Assembly (NCBI GenBank): GCA_943373065.1
Contig: CALSBA010000009.1
Location: forward strand, 19,194-83,193
Direction of reading: 5' to 3'
Source: Synechococcus sp. UW140
Lineage (GTDB): Bacteria > Cyanobacteriota > Cyanobacteriia > PCC-6307 > Cyanobiaceae
Length of the DNA: 64,000 nucleotides
This document shows positions 1 through 11,887 of this stretch, in pieces. Numbering within the stretch: position 1 is the first letter of the stretch; every line of letters begins with the position of its first letter. Under the pieces are notes generated by a model, which saw nothing but the letters and a program-made list of their open reading frames with translations, was not told the origin of the DNA and did not search any database. A program made the translations under genes and the position numbers.

Positions 1-2
1 AC

Positions 3-755
3 CTCACCCAGATCCTGGCCCTCACGGCGATGGAAGCCCCCGGCCGCTTCGATCCGGAGGCCATCCGCAACGAGAAGGCCAAGGTGCTGCAATCGGCCCG
101 CCTGGCCAACGAGGAGGAGGCCTGGAAGTGCTGCGTGCGGGGTCAGTACGCCGCCGGCGGCAGCCTGACCAAGCCCCTGCCCGGCTACCGCCAGGAGCCG
201 GGGGTGAACGCCAACAGCACCACGGAAACGTATGTGGCCATGAAGGTGGCCATCAACAACTGGCGCTGGCAGGGAGTTCCCTTCTATCTGCGCACCGGCA
301 AGCGCCTGCCGAAGCGCCTCAGCGAGGTGGTGCTCACCTTCCGGGAGGCGCCGGTGCACCTGTTCGACGCCGCCGGTGGCGCCCCCACCCCCAACCAGCT
401 GATCCTGCGCATCCAGCCCGACGAGGGTGCCGAGTTCAAGTTCGAGGTCAAGGCCCCCGGCTCCGGCATGCGCAGCCGCCCCGTCGACATGGCCTTCAGC
501 TACGACGAATCCTTCGGTGAACCCTCCGATGAGGGCTACGTCCGGCTGCTGGCCGACGCCATGCTGGGGGATCCCACCCTGTTCACCCGCAGCGATGAGG
601 TGGAAGCGGCCTGGCGGCTCTACACGCCGCTGCTGGCCCTGATCGAGGAATCCCCCTGGCAACTGCCGGTTCACCCCTACGAAGCCCGCACCTGGGGTCC
701 GGCCGCCGCCGATGGCCTTCTGGCCGACGACGGCCTGATCTGGCGCCGCCCCTGA
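3..755 (+). CDS. zwf: Glucose-6-phosphate 1-dehydrogenase, C-terminal part (5' end lies before the window)
   Basis: Frame is open from base 3 (LTQILALTAMEAP). Motifs RGQY, ETYVA, WRWQGVPFYLRTGKRL, LRIQPDEG and YVRLLADAMLGD are typical G6PD C-domain. Followed by opcA. Confidence 0.97.
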   Translation, partial: LTQILALTAMEAPGRFDPEAIRNEKAKVLQSARLANEEEAWKCCVRGQYAAGGSLTKPLPGYRQEPGVNANSTTETYVAMKVAINNWRWQGVPFYLRTGKRLPKRLSEVVLTFREAPVHLFDAAGGAPTPNQLILRIQPDEGAEFKFEVKAPGSGMRSRPVDMAFSYDESFGEPSDEGYVRLLADAMLGDPTLFTRSDEVEAAWRLYTPLLALIEESPWQLPVHPYEARTWGPAAADGLLADDGLIWRRP

Positions 756-824
756 GCCACGGGTCAGGCCCCCCTCTCCCTCCAGCTCCCCAGCCCAGCG
801 ACCACCGCCCCCTGCCGCGCCCCC

Positions 825-2123
825 ATGGCTCCCCAGCTAACTCTCCAGGCCCCCCTCGATCTGCCGCCGGAGGAGGTCCATCCCTACCTCCAGCGCCTCT
901 GGACCCACGACCTGGAGGGGTCCACCGGGGCTGCCACCTTCACCCTGGTGGTGTGGGAGCCCTCCTGGCTCGAGCAGCAGATGGTGCGCATCGGCCGGGT
1001 GGATGGGCCGGTCACCGGCCTGCTGCGCAAGGAGCTGCTGGAGGCGGCCCGCCTGGCCCTCCCGGACACCGACCTGCCCCTCAGCACGGCGCCGATGGAT
1101 CCCCGGCTGGCCTGGGCCATCGGTCAGAAGGATGGCCACCACAAGGGCCAGGACCTGCGGGGCCAGTTCGTTGAAAGTGCCATCAGTGCCCACATGCCGC
1201 GGCGGCTGATCACCCTGGCCCCCACCCTCGATCCCGGCCATCCCCTCGAGACCCTGGTGGCGGCCTACTGCCCGTTGCCGGAGGAGGGGGGCGCCGGAGC
1301 CGCCTGTGGCGACGTGGTGGTGCTGCGCGGCGGCATGGGGGCGCTGCAGCAGAGCCTCGATCTGTTCCAGACCCTGGTCGATGACACCCTGCCCTGCTGG
1401 GTGTGGTGGAACAGCAGCCTGGATGAACCCTCCGAGATGCTGGAGGCGCTGGCGCCGGTGCCCCGGCGGCTGGTGATCGACAGTTCCCTCGGGGAGCCGC
1501 GCCGCTGCCTCGACCTGATGCTGGCCCGGATCAGCTCCGGCCAGGCCGTCAACGATCTCAACTGGCTGCGGCTGCGCACCTGGCGCGAATCCCTGGCCAT
1601 GGTGTTCGACCCCCCGTCCCGTCGGGACGCCCTTGGCCACGTGGTGCAGCTTGACATCGACGTGGAGGGGGACCACCCGGTCAAGGGCCTGCTGCTGGCC
1701 GCCTGGATCGCCGACCGCCTGGGTTGGCACCTGGTGACCAGCTATGCGGTGGAGGTGGACGGGCCGGGCCCGGGCATCACGGCCGAGTTCGAGCGCACCG
1801 ACGGCGTGGCGGTCCAGTTCACGCTCATGCCCGTGCCCATGGGGGTGCCCAAGACCCATCCCGGCGCCATCGTCGGCATGCGGCTGATCTGCGAACCGGT
1901 GCACCGGCCACCCCTGTGCGTGATCCTCTGCTCGGAGTCGGGGGGCTGCATGCGGCTGGAGTCCGGCGGCATGGCGAGCATGGAGCTGGCCGAGGGGGTG
2001 GTGCCCCTGCCCGAGGAGAGCGAGGAGATGGAGATGGCCCGCCTGCTCTCCGGCGGCCACGATTCCACCTCCCCGCTGCTGGCGGCGGCCGTGCCCCTGG
2101 CGGCCACCCTGCTGCCAGGCTGA
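825..2123 (+). CDS. opcA: Glucose-6-phosphate dehydrogenase assembly/activator protein OpcA
   Basis: Directly after zwf. Motifs ATFTLVVWEP, AYCPL, WVWWN and DLNWLRLRTWRESLAMVFDPP. Confidence 0.93.
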   Translation: MAPQLTLQAPLDLPPEEVHPYLQRLWTHDLEGSTGAATFTLVVWEPSWLEQQMVRIGRVDGPVTGLLRKELLEAARLALPDTDLPLSTAPMDPRLAWAIGQKDGHHKGQDLRGQFVESAISAHMPRRLITLAPTLDPGHPLETLVAAYCPLPEEGGAGAACGDVVVLRGGMGALQQSLDLFQTLVDDTLPCWVWWNSSLDEPSEMLEALAPVPRRLVIDSSLGEPRRCLDLMLARISSGQAVNDLNWLRLRTWRESLAMVFDPPSRRDALGHVVQLDIDVEGDHPVKGLLLAAWIADRLGWHLVTSYAVEVDGPGPGITAEFERTDGVAVQFTLMPVPMGVPKTHPGAIVGMRLICEPVHRPPLCVILCSESGGCMRLESGGMASMELAEGVVPLPEESEEMEMARLLSGGHDSTSPLLAAAVPLAATLLPG

Positions 2124-2169
2124 AGCGCTCCCCTCTCGCGGCGCGTCAACGCCGTCCCGACCCGATCGC

Positions 2170-3639
2170 ATGAGCTGCCTGATCGCCGCCCCCTGCAGCG
2201 GCAGCGGCAAGACCCTGCTGAGCCTCACCCTGGCGGCCGTGGCACGGGCCCGGGGAGAGACCATCCAGCCCTTCAAGGTGGGGCCTGACTACCTCGACCC
2301 CCAGTTGCTGGCGGCAGTGGCGGGGCGCCCCTGCCGCAACCTCGACCCCCTGCTCTGCGGCGAGGAGTGGGTGCGGCGCTGCTACCGCTGGCATGGCGGC
2401 CGGGCCGGCCGGGTGCTGGTGGAGGGGGTCATGGGGCTGTTCGATGGCCGTGGCTCCGGCAGCGAAGGCAGTTCCGCTGCTGTGGCCGATCTGCTCGGGC
2501 TGCCGGTGGTGCTGGTGGTGGAGGCGTCCCGCCAGGCCGGCAGCCTGGCGGCCCTGGTGCGCGGCTTCCGCGACCACGGCCCGCCCCGGGTGGCCCTCGC
2601 CGGCGTGGTGCTCAACCGGGTCGGCAGCGACCGGCACCACCGCCTGCTTGCCGAAGCCCTCGAATCCATCGAGGTTCCCCTGCTGGGGGTGCTGCCCAGC
2701 CACCCCAGCCTGGAACTGCCCTCCCGCCACCTGGGCCTGCTCACCCCTGGCGAACTGGGCGACCTGGGCGCGCGCCAGCGGATCTGGGCCCGGTTGGCGG
2801 AAGAGCACCTCGACCTGGGCCGGCTCTGGCCCCTGCTGGCACCACCGGCCGGTCCGCCGGATGGGCTGGATCCGATTCACTGGTGCCTGGAGCAGGCCCC
2901 GCCGGAGCCAACCACCGCTGCCCCCACGGCCGCCATCTCCCAGGCCCTCGGCCCGCTGTCCGTGGCGATCGCCAGCGACGCCGCCTTCCACTTCCGCTAC
3001 CCAGAGGCCCAGGAGCTGCTCTCGGCCTGCGGCCTGCGGCCGGTGCCCTGGAGTCCCCTGGCCGACGATCCCCTGCCGGCGGACTGCCGGGCGGTGCTGT
3101 TGCCGGGCGGCTATCCCGAGATCCATGCCGCCCAGCTGGCGGCCGGTCGCCGCAGCCTGGGGTCCCTCGCCGCCGCCGCCCGCGCCGGTCTGCCGATCGT
3201 GGCCGAATGCGGCGGCCTGCTGCTGCTCGGCCGGGAGCTGGAGGATGGCGACGGGAACCGGCACCCCATGGCGGGCCTGCTCCCCTTCAGCGCCCGCCGG
3301 GGTGGCCTCAGCCTCGGCTACCGCCAGGCCCTGCCCGGCGCCGATGGGCTTCTGGTGCGCCGCGGTGAAGCCCTCAGCGGCCATGAGTTCCACCGCTGGC
3401 AGCTGCTGCCCCAACCACCCCGGGCCGATGAGTTGGCAGCGGGGGAGGCCCTGTGGCAACTTGAAGGCTGGGGAACACCCGCGAGGATCGAAGGATGGAC
3501 CGCCCCGACCGTTCACGCCAGCTGGCTTCACCTCCACTGGGCTGGATGCCCGGCGATTCCCTCGAGACTGGCCAGATCCGCCGCCAGCGCCGTGCCGCTG
3601 CCGAGGAACGCCGTTTCGTGCAGCCCGCTCTCCGGGTGA
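2170..3639 (+). CDS. cobB: Cobyrinate a,c-diamide synthase (CobB/CbiA)
   Basis: SGSGKT P-loop, FKVGPDYLDP, VEGVMGLFDG; glutamine amidotransferase motifs GGYPE, AECGG and GHEFH. Confidence 0.95.
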   Translation: MSCLIAAPCSGSGKTLLSLTLAAVARARGETIQPFKVGPDYLDPQLLAAVAGRPCRNLDPLLCGEEWVRRCYRWHGGRAGRVLVEGVMGLFDGRGSGSEGSSAAVADLLGLPVVLVVEASRQAGSLAALVRGFRDHGPPRVALAGVVLNRVGSDRHHRLLAEALESIEVPLLGVLPSHPSLELPSRHLGLLTPGELGDLGARQRIWARLAEEHLDLGRLWPLLAPPAGPPDGLDPIHWCLEQAPPEPTTAAPTAAISQALGPLSVAIASDAAFHFRYPEAQELLSACGLRPVPWSPLADDPLPADCRAVLLPGGYPEIHAAQLAAGRRSLGSLAAAARAGLPIVAECGGLLLLGRELEDGDGNRHPMAGLLPFSARRGGLSLGYRQALPGADGLLVRRGEALSGHEFHRWQLLPQPPRADELAAGEALWQLEGWGTPARIEGWTAPTVHASWLHLHWAGCPAIPSRLARSAASAVPLPRNAVSCSPLSG

Positions 3640-3920
3640 CCACCTCGCCCCATGAACGCTGGCGCATGAACGTGCGCGGGCTGGTGCAGGGGGTGGGCTA
3701 TCGGGTGGGCTGCCGCCAGAAGGCCATCGATCTCGGCCTCAGCGGCTGGGTGCGCAACCGGCCCGACGGCTCGGTGGAACTGGAGGCCGAGGGGCTTCCG
3801 GATCGGCTGGTGGAGCTGCGGCTCTGGTGCGAGAAGGGTCCCCAGGGGGCCCAGGTGAGCGGTGTCAGCAGCGGTCAGGTGGCGGTGGCGGGAACCGACT
3901 GGTTCGAGATCCGCACCTGA
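3636..3920 (+). CDS. acyP: Acylphosphatase
   Basis: GLVQGVGYR and GWVRNRPDGSVE motifs. GTG start at 3636 overlaps the cobB stop (GTGA); the listed ORF start at 3495 is probably over-extended. Confidence 0.92.
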   Translation: MTTSPHERWRMNVRGLVQGVGYRVGCRQKAIDLGLSGWVRNRPDGSVELEAEGLPDRLVELRLWCEKGPQGAQVSGVSSGQVAVAGTDWFEIRT

Positions 3921-3929
3921 ATCGCAGCG

Positions 3930-4616
3930 ATGCCGACCCCCAGCCTCTGGCGTGAACTGTTCGGATTCGGCCTGGCGATCAGCTTCAGCCCGCTGCACAT
4001 CGGCCTGCTGTTGCTGATCCTGGTGGGCCCCAGTCCGCTGCGCAGGGGAAGCTGGTTCGTGCTGGGGTGGCTGCTCACCTCCGCGGCGGCCATGGCCCTG
4101 CTGCTGAGCGTGGGCCATGGCCTGCTGCTCACCATGGAGCCGGGCACCGATCAGCGCACCGGCCTCGACCTGCTGGGGGCCGGCGGGCTTCTGGCCCTGG
4201 GCCTCAACGGCCTGCAGGCCAGCCGCCGGGAGAGTGGCCCCCCCGGCTGGACCCGCCGGCTGGACGGCTTCTGCGCCCTGCCCCTGCCGCTGCTGCTTGG
4301 CCTCAGCGCCGCCGTGCAGGTGTCCAGCCCGGATGATCTGTTCCTTTACGCCAAGACCGCCGCCAGCCTGCTGGAGGCGGGCTTGAGCCGGCCCCGGGAG
4401 GTGCTCACCACGGGGGTGTTCAGCCTGTTCAGTGGCCTGCTGCTGCTGCTGCCCCTGGCGGGACTGGCGCTGGTGGGGCAGGAACGCCTGCGGCCCGTGC
4501 TGCAGGCAGGCAAGGACTGGCTGTTTGCCAACGCCGAGCTGATCGTGGCGGCCATCTGCTTCGGCCTGGCCGCCTACCTCGGTTGGCAGGGCATCGAGGG
4601 GCTGCGGGCCGGCTGA
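3930..4616 (+). CDS. GAP/Sap-family (LysE-superfamily-like) multi-pass membrane protein
   Basis: About 6 hydrophobic segments. N-terminal ISFSPLHIGLLLLIL, FVLGW and the D(N)L..YA-type motif resemble the GAP family. Confidence 0.6.
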   Translation: MPTPSLWRELFGFGLAISFSPLHIGLLLLILVGPSPLRRGSWFVLGWLLTSAAAMALLLSVGHGLLLTMEPGTDQRTGLDLLGAGGLLALGLNGLQASRRESGPPGWTRRLDGFCALPLPLLLGLSAAVQVSSPDDLFLYAKTAASLLEAGLSRPREVLTTGVFSLFSGLLLLLPLAGLALVGQERLRPVLQAGKDWLFANAELIVAAICFGLAAYLGWQGIEGLRAG

Positions 4617-4618
4617 GA

Positions 4619-4816
4619 TCAGGGACCGGGCGGGGGGTCCTCAGCCTCGAGGATCCGGCTGAGGTACTTGGGATCATGCAGGGTGCCGTGGCGCGAGAAC
4701 GGCAACACCCGCTCCCGTGGCAGTCCTGGCATCGACGGCCGCGAGCGCAGCCTCAGCCAGCGCCGCACCACCACGAGCACCCCCACCAGGAGCGCAGCGA
4801 CGAGCAGGGCCCCCAC
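4619..4816 (-). CDS. Small hypothetical single-pass membrane protein; start uncertain
   Basis: One strong TM segment followed by a basic stretch. Fills the gap between convergent genes. Frame stays open upstream without ATG. Confidence 0.35.
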   Translation of the reverse strand: MGALLVAALLVGVLVVVRRWLRLRSRPSMPGLPRERVLPFSRHGTLHDPKYLSRILEAEDPPPGP

Positions 4817-5005
4817 CTCGGTGATCAGCTCACCACCGCCACCGGATCCACCGGCTCCGGCCTGGCTGGCGGAGGACTCGCTGGCCGGTGGGGTGGTGCC
4901 CAGGACGGGCGCAGGATCCGCCAGGGGTCGGGATAGGGCGAGCAGAGAATTCAGCGGAGGGCCCCGGCAAGAACCAACGCCACGAGGGTAGGCGGTGGGC
5001 TCCGG

Positions 5006-6471
5006 TCAGGTCACCGCCTCGGGACCTGTGCCGGCGTCGGCCTCCCGCAGCCAGCGTCCCCAGTGCTCCCGCTCGGTGTCATCACCGGCCCCGGCCATCA
5101 GCGTCACCGCCTGGCTGGCCCGGCTCACCGCCACGTACACCAGCCGCTGTCGCAGCTGCAGGTCCCGGGGCCAGAAGACGTCCTCGTCGATGAAGACCTC
5201 GCCGAAGGTGCTGCCCTGGCTGCGGTGGACGGTGAGCACGGCCGCCGGTCCCAGGGAGGCGAAGGCGTCGCGCACCAGGAAGTAACGGCGCCAGAAGGGT
5301 TTGCCATCTTTTTTGCCCGCTTCGCGGGCCTGCTGCCGAAGCCCCTCCATCACCCCGTCCAGGCTGGCGCGGGGGCCGCTGCCGAGGGGCGGCAGCAGCC
5401 GCAGGTTCAGCTGGGCCTCCCCCGCCTCCACGGTGGCGGTGAGGGTGTCGATCACGGGGGCGCCGAGGGAGGCCTCCACGCCGAACTCGGCGAGATCGCA
5501 GCGGTCGGGGCGCACGTCGCGCACCACCAGCTCCCGGTTGCTGCCCAGCAGTAGATCCGGCTCCTCGGCGGCGGCGTCCCCCTCGCGGCAGGCGGGGGCC
5601 ATCACGGCCGTGCGGGTGATCAGCACCTCGCCGGGGAGCACGGGCAGCTGGTCGGCCATGGCGCCGTGCAGGGCGCGGCGGGCGATCGGCACCAGCCGCT
5701 CCAGGGAACGGTTGGTGTAGCAGAGGATCCGGGCCAGGTCGGGATCGTCGGCGGCGGCGCTGCGGCGCAGGCCCTCCTGGGCGGCCGCCAGCCAGTCGCT
5801 GCGCCCCAGCAGGGACACACGGCCCGTGCTGGTGCGAACCGGTGCCAGCACGGGCGGTCTGCGGCAAGGGAGGTTTCCCTGGCGCAGGCCGCCGGCCAGG
5901 CGCAGCACCGGTCCCTGGTGGCGGACCACATGGGTCAGGGCCACCCGCTGGGCCCGGCCCAGGGCGAACACCGGACTCTGTTCCTCCCCCACCGGCGGCA
6001 ACTGGGCCGGATCCCCCACGAACACCAGGCGGGTGCGGTAGGCCTGGGCGCAGCGGAGCGTGATCTCCAGCAGGCTGCCATCCACCATCGAGGCCTCATC
6101 GATCAGGACCAACCCCAGGTTTTCGAGCGCCAGGGCGGTCTGTTCCGTTTCTTCGCAGCGCTCCCGATCCCCCTCCCGCTTCAGCTTGAGCCGCAGCAGC
6201 CGGTGGATGGTGGAGGGGTACCAGGTGGGGCGCAGACCCGCCAGGGCGAGGTGGTGGCGCAACACGCCCACCGCCTTGTGGGTGGGGGCGACCACGGTCC
6301 AGCAGAGGCCGGCCCGCTCCGCCTCGGCCAGGAAGCGCATCGACAGGAACGTCTTGCCGGTGCCGGCATAGCCCTCCAGCACGAACGGCACGCCGTCGGC
6401 GGAGGCCGACAGCCAGGCGGCGAAGGCGGTGGCGGCGTTCTGCTGGTCGTCGCTCAGGCCGGAGAGATCGC

Positions 6472-6475
<4 letters not shown>
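5006..6475 (-). CDS. SF1B RecD/Dda-like ATP-dependent DNA helicase
   Basis: GYAGTGKT (I), APTHKA (Ia), IDEASM (II), GDPAQLPPV (III), HRSQGSTF (V), YVAVSRA (VI). Confidence 0.9.
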
Positions 6476-8060
<1,585 letters not shown>

Positions 8061-8154
8061 CTATCCACCCTCAGTGGGTTCTCAAGGTGAGACATTCCAG
8101 GGAGCTGCCACCGATCCCCCTGGCGCCCCTGCGCCGCTTCGTCGCTTCGCCGGC

Positions 8155-10947
8155 ATGAGAGGTTTCGGCTGGGCCTGGCCGCAGGTTGCCCTCGTTCTTG
8201 GACTGATCCTGGCCGGCGGGGGTGTGGTCGCGCTCTGGACAGCCAGTCTGCGCCGGCAGGTAAGGCGCCGGACGGAGGCGTTGCACCGGGACCGGGAGGA
8301 CCTCAGCGCCATCATCCACTCCATTCCCGATCCCCTGATCGAGATCTCGGCGTCCGGGGAGATCCTGGCGATTCATAGTGCCCAACGGGGGCTGTTCCAC
8401 CTGCCCGAAAAAACTGAGGCACGGAGTCGTCTGGAAGATGTGCTCTCTCCCGCCGCCGCCGCCACGATGAAGGCAGCGCTGGCGCTGGCGGAAGTGTCGG
8501 CGGATGGCAGGTCACCGAGGCAACAGATCGAGGTGGCCAAACCCGGCGGCGTCGACTGGTTCGAGCTCTCGATCGCCCGACGGGAATCGCAGAACGGAGA
8601 CGGCCCCCACTACCTGATGCTCTGCCGGGACATCACCGAACGCAAACGCTACGAAGCCGGGATTCTGCGCCTCAACCGGCTCTTCGCCACCTTGAGTGCC
8701 TCCAACAAGGTGGCGGCCAGTGTTCGGGACAGCGAGGAGATGCTGGGGCAGATCTGCCGCCTGGCGGTCACCTCGGGGGAGATGCGGCTGGCCTGGGTTG
8801 GGATGATCGAACCGCTGACCCGTCGGATCAGGCCGGTGGCCTGGTTCGGCGACGACAGCGCCTATCTGGATGGATTGGAGATCAGCCTCGATCCGGAAGA
8901 CCCGAAGGGGCAGGGCCCCTTCGCGAGCGCCCTGCGGGACAACCACCCCTTCTGGATCAGTGATTTCATGACGGATTCTTCGTGCGTGCCCTGGCACGAG
9001 CTGGCCCGCCCCTACGGATGGGGGGCCGCCGCTTTTCTGCCCCTGCATCGCGACGGGGTCGTGATCGGCGGTCTGGGGTTCTACGCCAGTGAAGCCGACC
9101 GATTCGATGTCAAGAGCCAGCAGTTGCTGCTCGACTTGGTTGGTGGCATCGATGTCGCCCTCGATCGGCTCAGCCTCGAGTCCGCCCGCGAGGTGCTCGA
9201 GGACGCGGTCAAGGTCAGCGAGGAGAAGTTCCGGGAGATCACCGAGTCCACCCATGAAGTGATCTGGTCGCTCGATCCCGAGACCCTTCGCTACCTGTAT
9301 GTGAGCCCCTCCGTGCTGCGGCTGCAGGGATTCACGGTCGAGGAGGTGATGGCCAGGCCGTTCGGAGAGGCCTTCGGTGGGGAGGCCGCCGAGCGGCTGA
9401 AAGGGCAGATCAACCAGGAGCTGGCCCAGTTCAGCGCCGGATTGCGCAGCAGTGACACCGTCTCGATCGACGAGACCGAACTGCTGTGCAAAGACGGCTC
9501 AACGGTCTGGACCGAATCGGTCACCAAGATGGTGCGCAACAACCGCACGGGCCGGGTGGAGCTCCACGGGGTGACCCGTGACATCACGGAGCGCAAGTTC
9601 GCCAAGGAGCAGATCGAGCGGCTGGCCTATTTCGACCCCCTCACGGGCCTGGCCAACCGCACCCTGCTGCAGGATCGGATCCGCCACGGCCTTGATCTGG
9701 CCAGGCGTTCCAACCTGCCTCTGGCCCTGCTGGTCCTCGATCTCGACAACTTCAAGCAGGTCAACGACAACCTGGGCCATGCCATCGGTGACCGGGTGCT
9801 GCTGGAGATGGCCAAACGCCTGAAGACCCACCTGGCGGACGGCGACACCCTGGCCCACACCAGTGGCGACGAGTTCGTGGTGGTGCTGCCCGATTCGGAC
9901 ACCACGGCCACCCTGGCGATGACGGAACGGTTGCGGAACTCTGTCGCCAAGGCGTTCAGCCTCGGCGCCGAGCCCCTCTTCCTCACGGCTTCGGTGGGCA
10001 TTGCCAACTTCCCCGACGATGGCACCACACCGGAGCAGCTGATGGGTAACGCCAACATGGCACTCCATCAGGCCAAGCTTGCCGGCCGCAACGGCCTCCA
10101 GTTCTTCACGCCCAGCGTTCAGGAAACGAGCATCCGCGCCCTGCGGCTCACCAATGCCCTGCACCAGGCCATCCAACGGGGAGAACTCAGCGTGGAATAC
10201 CAACCCCAGCTCGAGCTCAGCAGCAACCTCATCTTCGGGGCCGAGGCCCTGGTCCGCTGGACCCATCCCGATCTGGGTGCGGTAGCGCCGTCCGAATTCA
10301 TTCCCCTGGCCGAACTGTGTGGCCTGATCTTGCCGATCAGCCAGTGGGTGATGGCCGCTGCCCTCCAGGATGCCAGCGCCTGGACGGAGCTGGGATCGAC
10401 ACCATTGACCCTCTCGGTCAATATCTCCGCGGTGCAGTTCGACCATGGGGATCTTGTCAGCATGGTCGTCGAACAGCTTCACGCTGAAGGGTTCCCGCCC
10501 GATCGGTTGGAGTTGGAGCTCACCGAGTCGGTGGCGCTCGCCGATCCGGAGAAGGCCCTGGCCCAGATGGAGCAACTCTACGCCCATGGCATCCGACTGG
10601 CCATCGATGACTTCGGCACCGGCTATTCCTCCCTGAGCTACCTGAAGAAGATCCATGCCCATCGGCTCAAGATCGATCAATCCTTCATCCGCGATCTGGT
10701 GGCCAGCGAAGACGATCGCGCCATCGTGGTGACGATCATCAACCTCGCCCGCTCGATGGGCATGCGAACGATCGCCGAAGGGGTCGAAACCCCCGAGCAG
10801 TTGTCCCTGCTCCGCGCCCTGGGCTGCGATGAGGTGCAGGGCTATCTGCTGAGCCGGCCCCTGCCCCAGGCGGCCTTCCTGGAGTTCCTCAAGACACCCG
10901 TCCCCTTCACCCTCCTGGAAGCGGATTCAGGTGAGCAGATCCCCTAG
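8155..10947 (+). CDS. Membrane-anchored PAS-GAF-PAS-GGDEF-EAL c-di-GMP signalling protein (EAL intact, GGDEF variant SGDEF)
   Basis: One N-terminal TM; two PAS-like regions and a GAF region; DPLTGLANR...[10 protein letters not shown]...SGDEF; [30 protein letters not shown]. An alternative TTG start is at 8056. Confidence 0.93.
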   Translation: MRGFGWAWPQVALVLGLILAGGGVVALWTASLRRQVRRRTEALHRDREDLSAIIHSIPDPLIEISASGEILAIHSAQRGLFHLPEKTEARSRLEDVLSPAAAATMKAALALAEVSADGRSPRQQIEVAKPGGVDWFELSIARRESQNGDGPHYLMLCRDITERKRYEAGILRLNRLFATLSASNKVAASVRDSEEMLGQICRLAVTSGEMRLAWVGMIEPLTRRIRPVAWFGDDSAYLDGLEISLDPEDPKGQGPFASALRDNHPFWISDFMTDSSCVPWHELARPYGWGAAAFLPLHRDGVVIGGLGFYASEADRFDVKSQQLLLDLVGGIDVALDRLSLESAREVLEDAVKVSEEKFREITESTHEVIWSLDPETLRYLYVSPSVLRLQGFTVEEVMARPFGEAFGGEAAERLKGQINQELAQFSAGLRSSDTVSIDETELLCKDGSTVWTESVTKMVRNNRTGRVELHGVTRDITERKFAKEQIERLAYFDPLTGLANRTLLQDRIRHGLDLARRSNLPLALLVLDLDNFKQVNDNLGHAIGDRVLLEMAKRLKTHLADGDTLAHTSGDEFVVVLPDSDTTATLAMTERLRNSVAKAFSLGAEPLFLTASVGIANFPDDGTTPEQLMGNANMALHQAKLAGRNGLQFFTPSVQETSIRALRLTNALHQAIQRGELSVEYQPQLELSSNLIFGAEALVRWTHPDLGAVAPSEFIPLAELCGLILPISQWVMAAALQDASAWTELGSTPLTLSVNISAVQFDHGDLVSMVVEQLHAEGFPPDRLELELTESVALADPEKALAQMEQLYAHGIRLAIDDFGTGYSSLSYLKKIHAHRLKIDQSFIRDLVASEDDRAIVVTIINLARSMGMRTIAEGVETPEQLSLLRALGCDEVQGYLLSRPLPQAAFLEFLKTPVPFTLLEADSGEQIP

Positions 10948-11805
10948 GTCATGCTCCAGCCCATGGCGATGGCACCAGGCCACCACGGTGTTGACCAGCA
11001 GCATGGCCACGGTCATCGGCCCCACTCCGCCTGGCACCGGGGTGATCGCCGCCGCCAACGGCTCCACCGTCTCGTAATCCACGTCACCGCAGAGCTTGCC
11101 ATCCACCCGGTGGATGCCCACATCGACCACCACGGCCCCCGGTTTGACATGCACCGCGCCGATGAGCTGGGGGCGGCCGGCCGCCACCACCAGCAGCTCG
11201 GCCTGGCGGGTCACCTCGGACAGGTGGTGGGTGCGGGAATGGGCCACGGTGACGGTGGCATCGGCCGCCTGGAGCATCAGGGCCATCGGCTTGCCCACCA
11301 GGATGCTGCGGCCGACCACCACCGCCTGGGCCCCGGCGATCGGCACGTCGGCGCTGCGCAGCAGGGCCATCACCCCGGCTGGCGTGCAGCTGCGTGGGCC
11401 CCGCTCCCCCTTCAGCAGCCGGCCCAGGTTGAGGGTGTGCAGACCATCGGCATCCTTGTCCGGATCGATCGCCGCCAGCAGCGGCTCTTCGGCCAGACCC
11501 TCCGGCAGGGGTAACTGCAGCAGGATGCCGTCGACCGTCGGGTCGGCGTTGAGGCGCCGGATCAGGGCCAGCACCTCCTCGGCCGGGGTGTCCGCCGCCA
11601 GATGGCCGCCATGGCTGCTGATGCCGATGCGGCCACAGGCCTTTTCCTTGTTGGCGACATAGACGCCGCTGGCGGGATCGTCCCCGATCCGCAGCACCGC
11701 CAGGCCTGGTGGCCGTCCCGCCACCTCCAGGCCGTCGCTGATCACGGCGCTCAGGCGCCGTTCGATCTCCGCCGCCAATCGCCGGCCGTCGAGAAGGGTG
11801 GCCAT
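10927..11805 (-). CDS. folD: Bifunctional methylenetetrahydrofolate dehydrogenase/cyclohydrolase
   Basis: [35 protein letters not shown] and [11 protein letters not shown]. Confidence 0.97.
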   Translation of the reverse strand: MATLLDGRRLAAEIERRLSAVISDGLEVAGRPPGLAVLRIGDDPASGVYVANKEKACGRIGISSHGGHLAADTPAEEVLALIRRLNADPTVDGILLQLPLPEGLAEEPLLAAIDPDKDADGLHTLNLGRLLKGERGPRSCTPAGVMALLRSADVPIAGAQAVVVGRSILVGKPMALMLQAADATVTVAHSRTHHLSEVTRQAELLVVAAGRPQLIGAVHVKPGAVVVDVGIHRVDGKLCGDVDYETVEPLAAAITPVPGGVGPMTVAMLLVNTVVAWCHRHGLEHDLGDLLT

Positions 11806-11887
11806 GGGGAGAATGCGCTGCCGAACTCCAGCATGCACGGACAGCCCCCGGATGGAGCGACGTTCTGCATTGGCTAGCGTGGGCGGT

